A stretch of DNA of 64,000 bases. Source: a virus (lineage: Duplodnaviria > Heunggongvirae > Uroviricota > Caudoviricetes). Made by a program: the position numbers and the translations under genes. The stretch's first letter is position 1. Each line of letters opens with the position of its first letter. The notes under the pieces were generated by a model. The model was not told the origin of the DNA. It did not search any database and saw only the letters and a program-made list of their open reading frames with translations. Below are positions 63,374 through 64,000 of the stretch, one piece after another. The stretch lies in the IMG/VR virus record IMGVR_UViG_3300042892_003674; one strand, given 5' to 3'.

Positions 63374-64000
63374 ATGGCATTAGTTCTTTTTGAAAGTAGA
63401 GTAAATATGATAACCGCGGCTACACCCTCAATTGGTGGATTCGTAGTTGCTTATGATACATTAGACGGAGTTTTAAAACAAAAAGATCATTTAGGTGTTA
63501 TTACACCAATTGGTTCAGGAGGTGGAATAGGTTCACTTGCACAAACACTATCTATTGGTAGTACTACTGGTACTAATTCAATATATTTAGATATAAATTC
63601 TCATGTTAGATCTAGTGGAGGTTCTGCTAGCTTAAGATTAGATAATGGTAGTTCTGGTAATTATGTAGAACTATCTTCTTCTAACTCAATAACTGGTTCT
63701 ACTTTGGCAATGAGTGATACTAATATTCTATTAAAAGGATTAAGTTCATCCTTAACAATGAATACATCATCTGTTAGTTTAATTTTTGGTGTAAATCAAT
63801 TTTTATTACAAAATAACAATTCTTATTTAAGATTAGGTTCAACAAATGTTTTAGAATTTACAACATCAACTGCAACTAGAGCAACTGGTAATAGGGTTCC
63901 GGCATTTATATCATCAAATGGTTCAAGATTTTCGAATACAGTTACTAATAGTGTTATATTAGGTGGTTCTAGTATTGTTGGTACACAATCAAACTCTGTT
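63374..64000 (+). CDS. probable tail-fibre/structural protein (3' partial, not in ORF track)
   Basis: ATG at 63374, open to window end; MALVLFESRVN...GSLAQTLSIG.TTG, S/T/G-rich. Confidence 0.65.
   Translation, partial: MALVLFESRVNMITAATPSIGGFVVAYDTLDGVLKQKDHLGVITPIGSGGGIGSLAQTLSIGSTTGTNSIYLDINSHVRSSGGSASLRLDNGSSGNYVELSSSNSITGSTLAMSDTNILLKGLSSSLTMNTSSVSLIFGVNQFLLQNNNSYLRLGSTNVLEFTTSTATRATGNRVPAFISSNGSRFSNTVTNSVILGGSSIVGTQSNSV

Noticed and set aside
1-64000. Stop-codon reassignment, as seen in some huge phages
   Set aside because: Conserved enzymes are full length in code 11, TAG and TGA end genes normally, and no suppressor anticodon was found.
1-64000. CRISPR array or transposon
   Set aside because: No regularly spaced direct repeats beyond tRNA T-arm similarity; no transposase or integrase motifs seen.

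Overview
A 64 kb, very AT-rich, gene-dense segment of a large (jumbo/huge) tailed bacteriophage. Evidence: T4-like gp32 SSB, tail-tube-like and neck-like proteins, and bacterial-type tRNAs and terminators. Repeated TAnnTTTG promoter boxes and a Bacteroidota-type ClpC point to a Bacteroidota host (inference). Contents: a ~15.3 kb glycan operon (gmd, fcl, many glycosyltransferases), N-domain-less ClpC, flavodoxin, M28 peptidase, HIT, GGCT, 5'-nucleotidase, NAMPT plus NadM-Nudix, an MTase/nuclease pair, a truncated AlaRS, CoaE, about 45 tRNA genes and several non-canonical tRNA-like RNAs. Main finding: each of the four tRNA arrays is preceded by an unannotated 29-34 aa leader peptide. Each leader carries a run or enrichment of codons matching the amino acids of its own array (M/P/Q/D; T/N/V/I/C; L/R; I(AUA)/A/E/G/Y). 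Each is followed by an intrinsic terminator, and each holds a segment complementary to the terminator 5' arm. This is the layout of ribosome-mediated transcription attenuation, apparently letting the phage switch on the tRNA set that has become limiting. Other notable items: a circularly permuted tRNA-like gene, anticodon-less and D-armless tRNA mimics, A34 and UAU anticodons, a ~270 nt structured ncRNA, a C-terminal peptide motif shared by 9 unrelated ORFs, and UVR-motif mini-proteins that may partner ClpC. All calls were read by eye; no database searches or folding programs were run.
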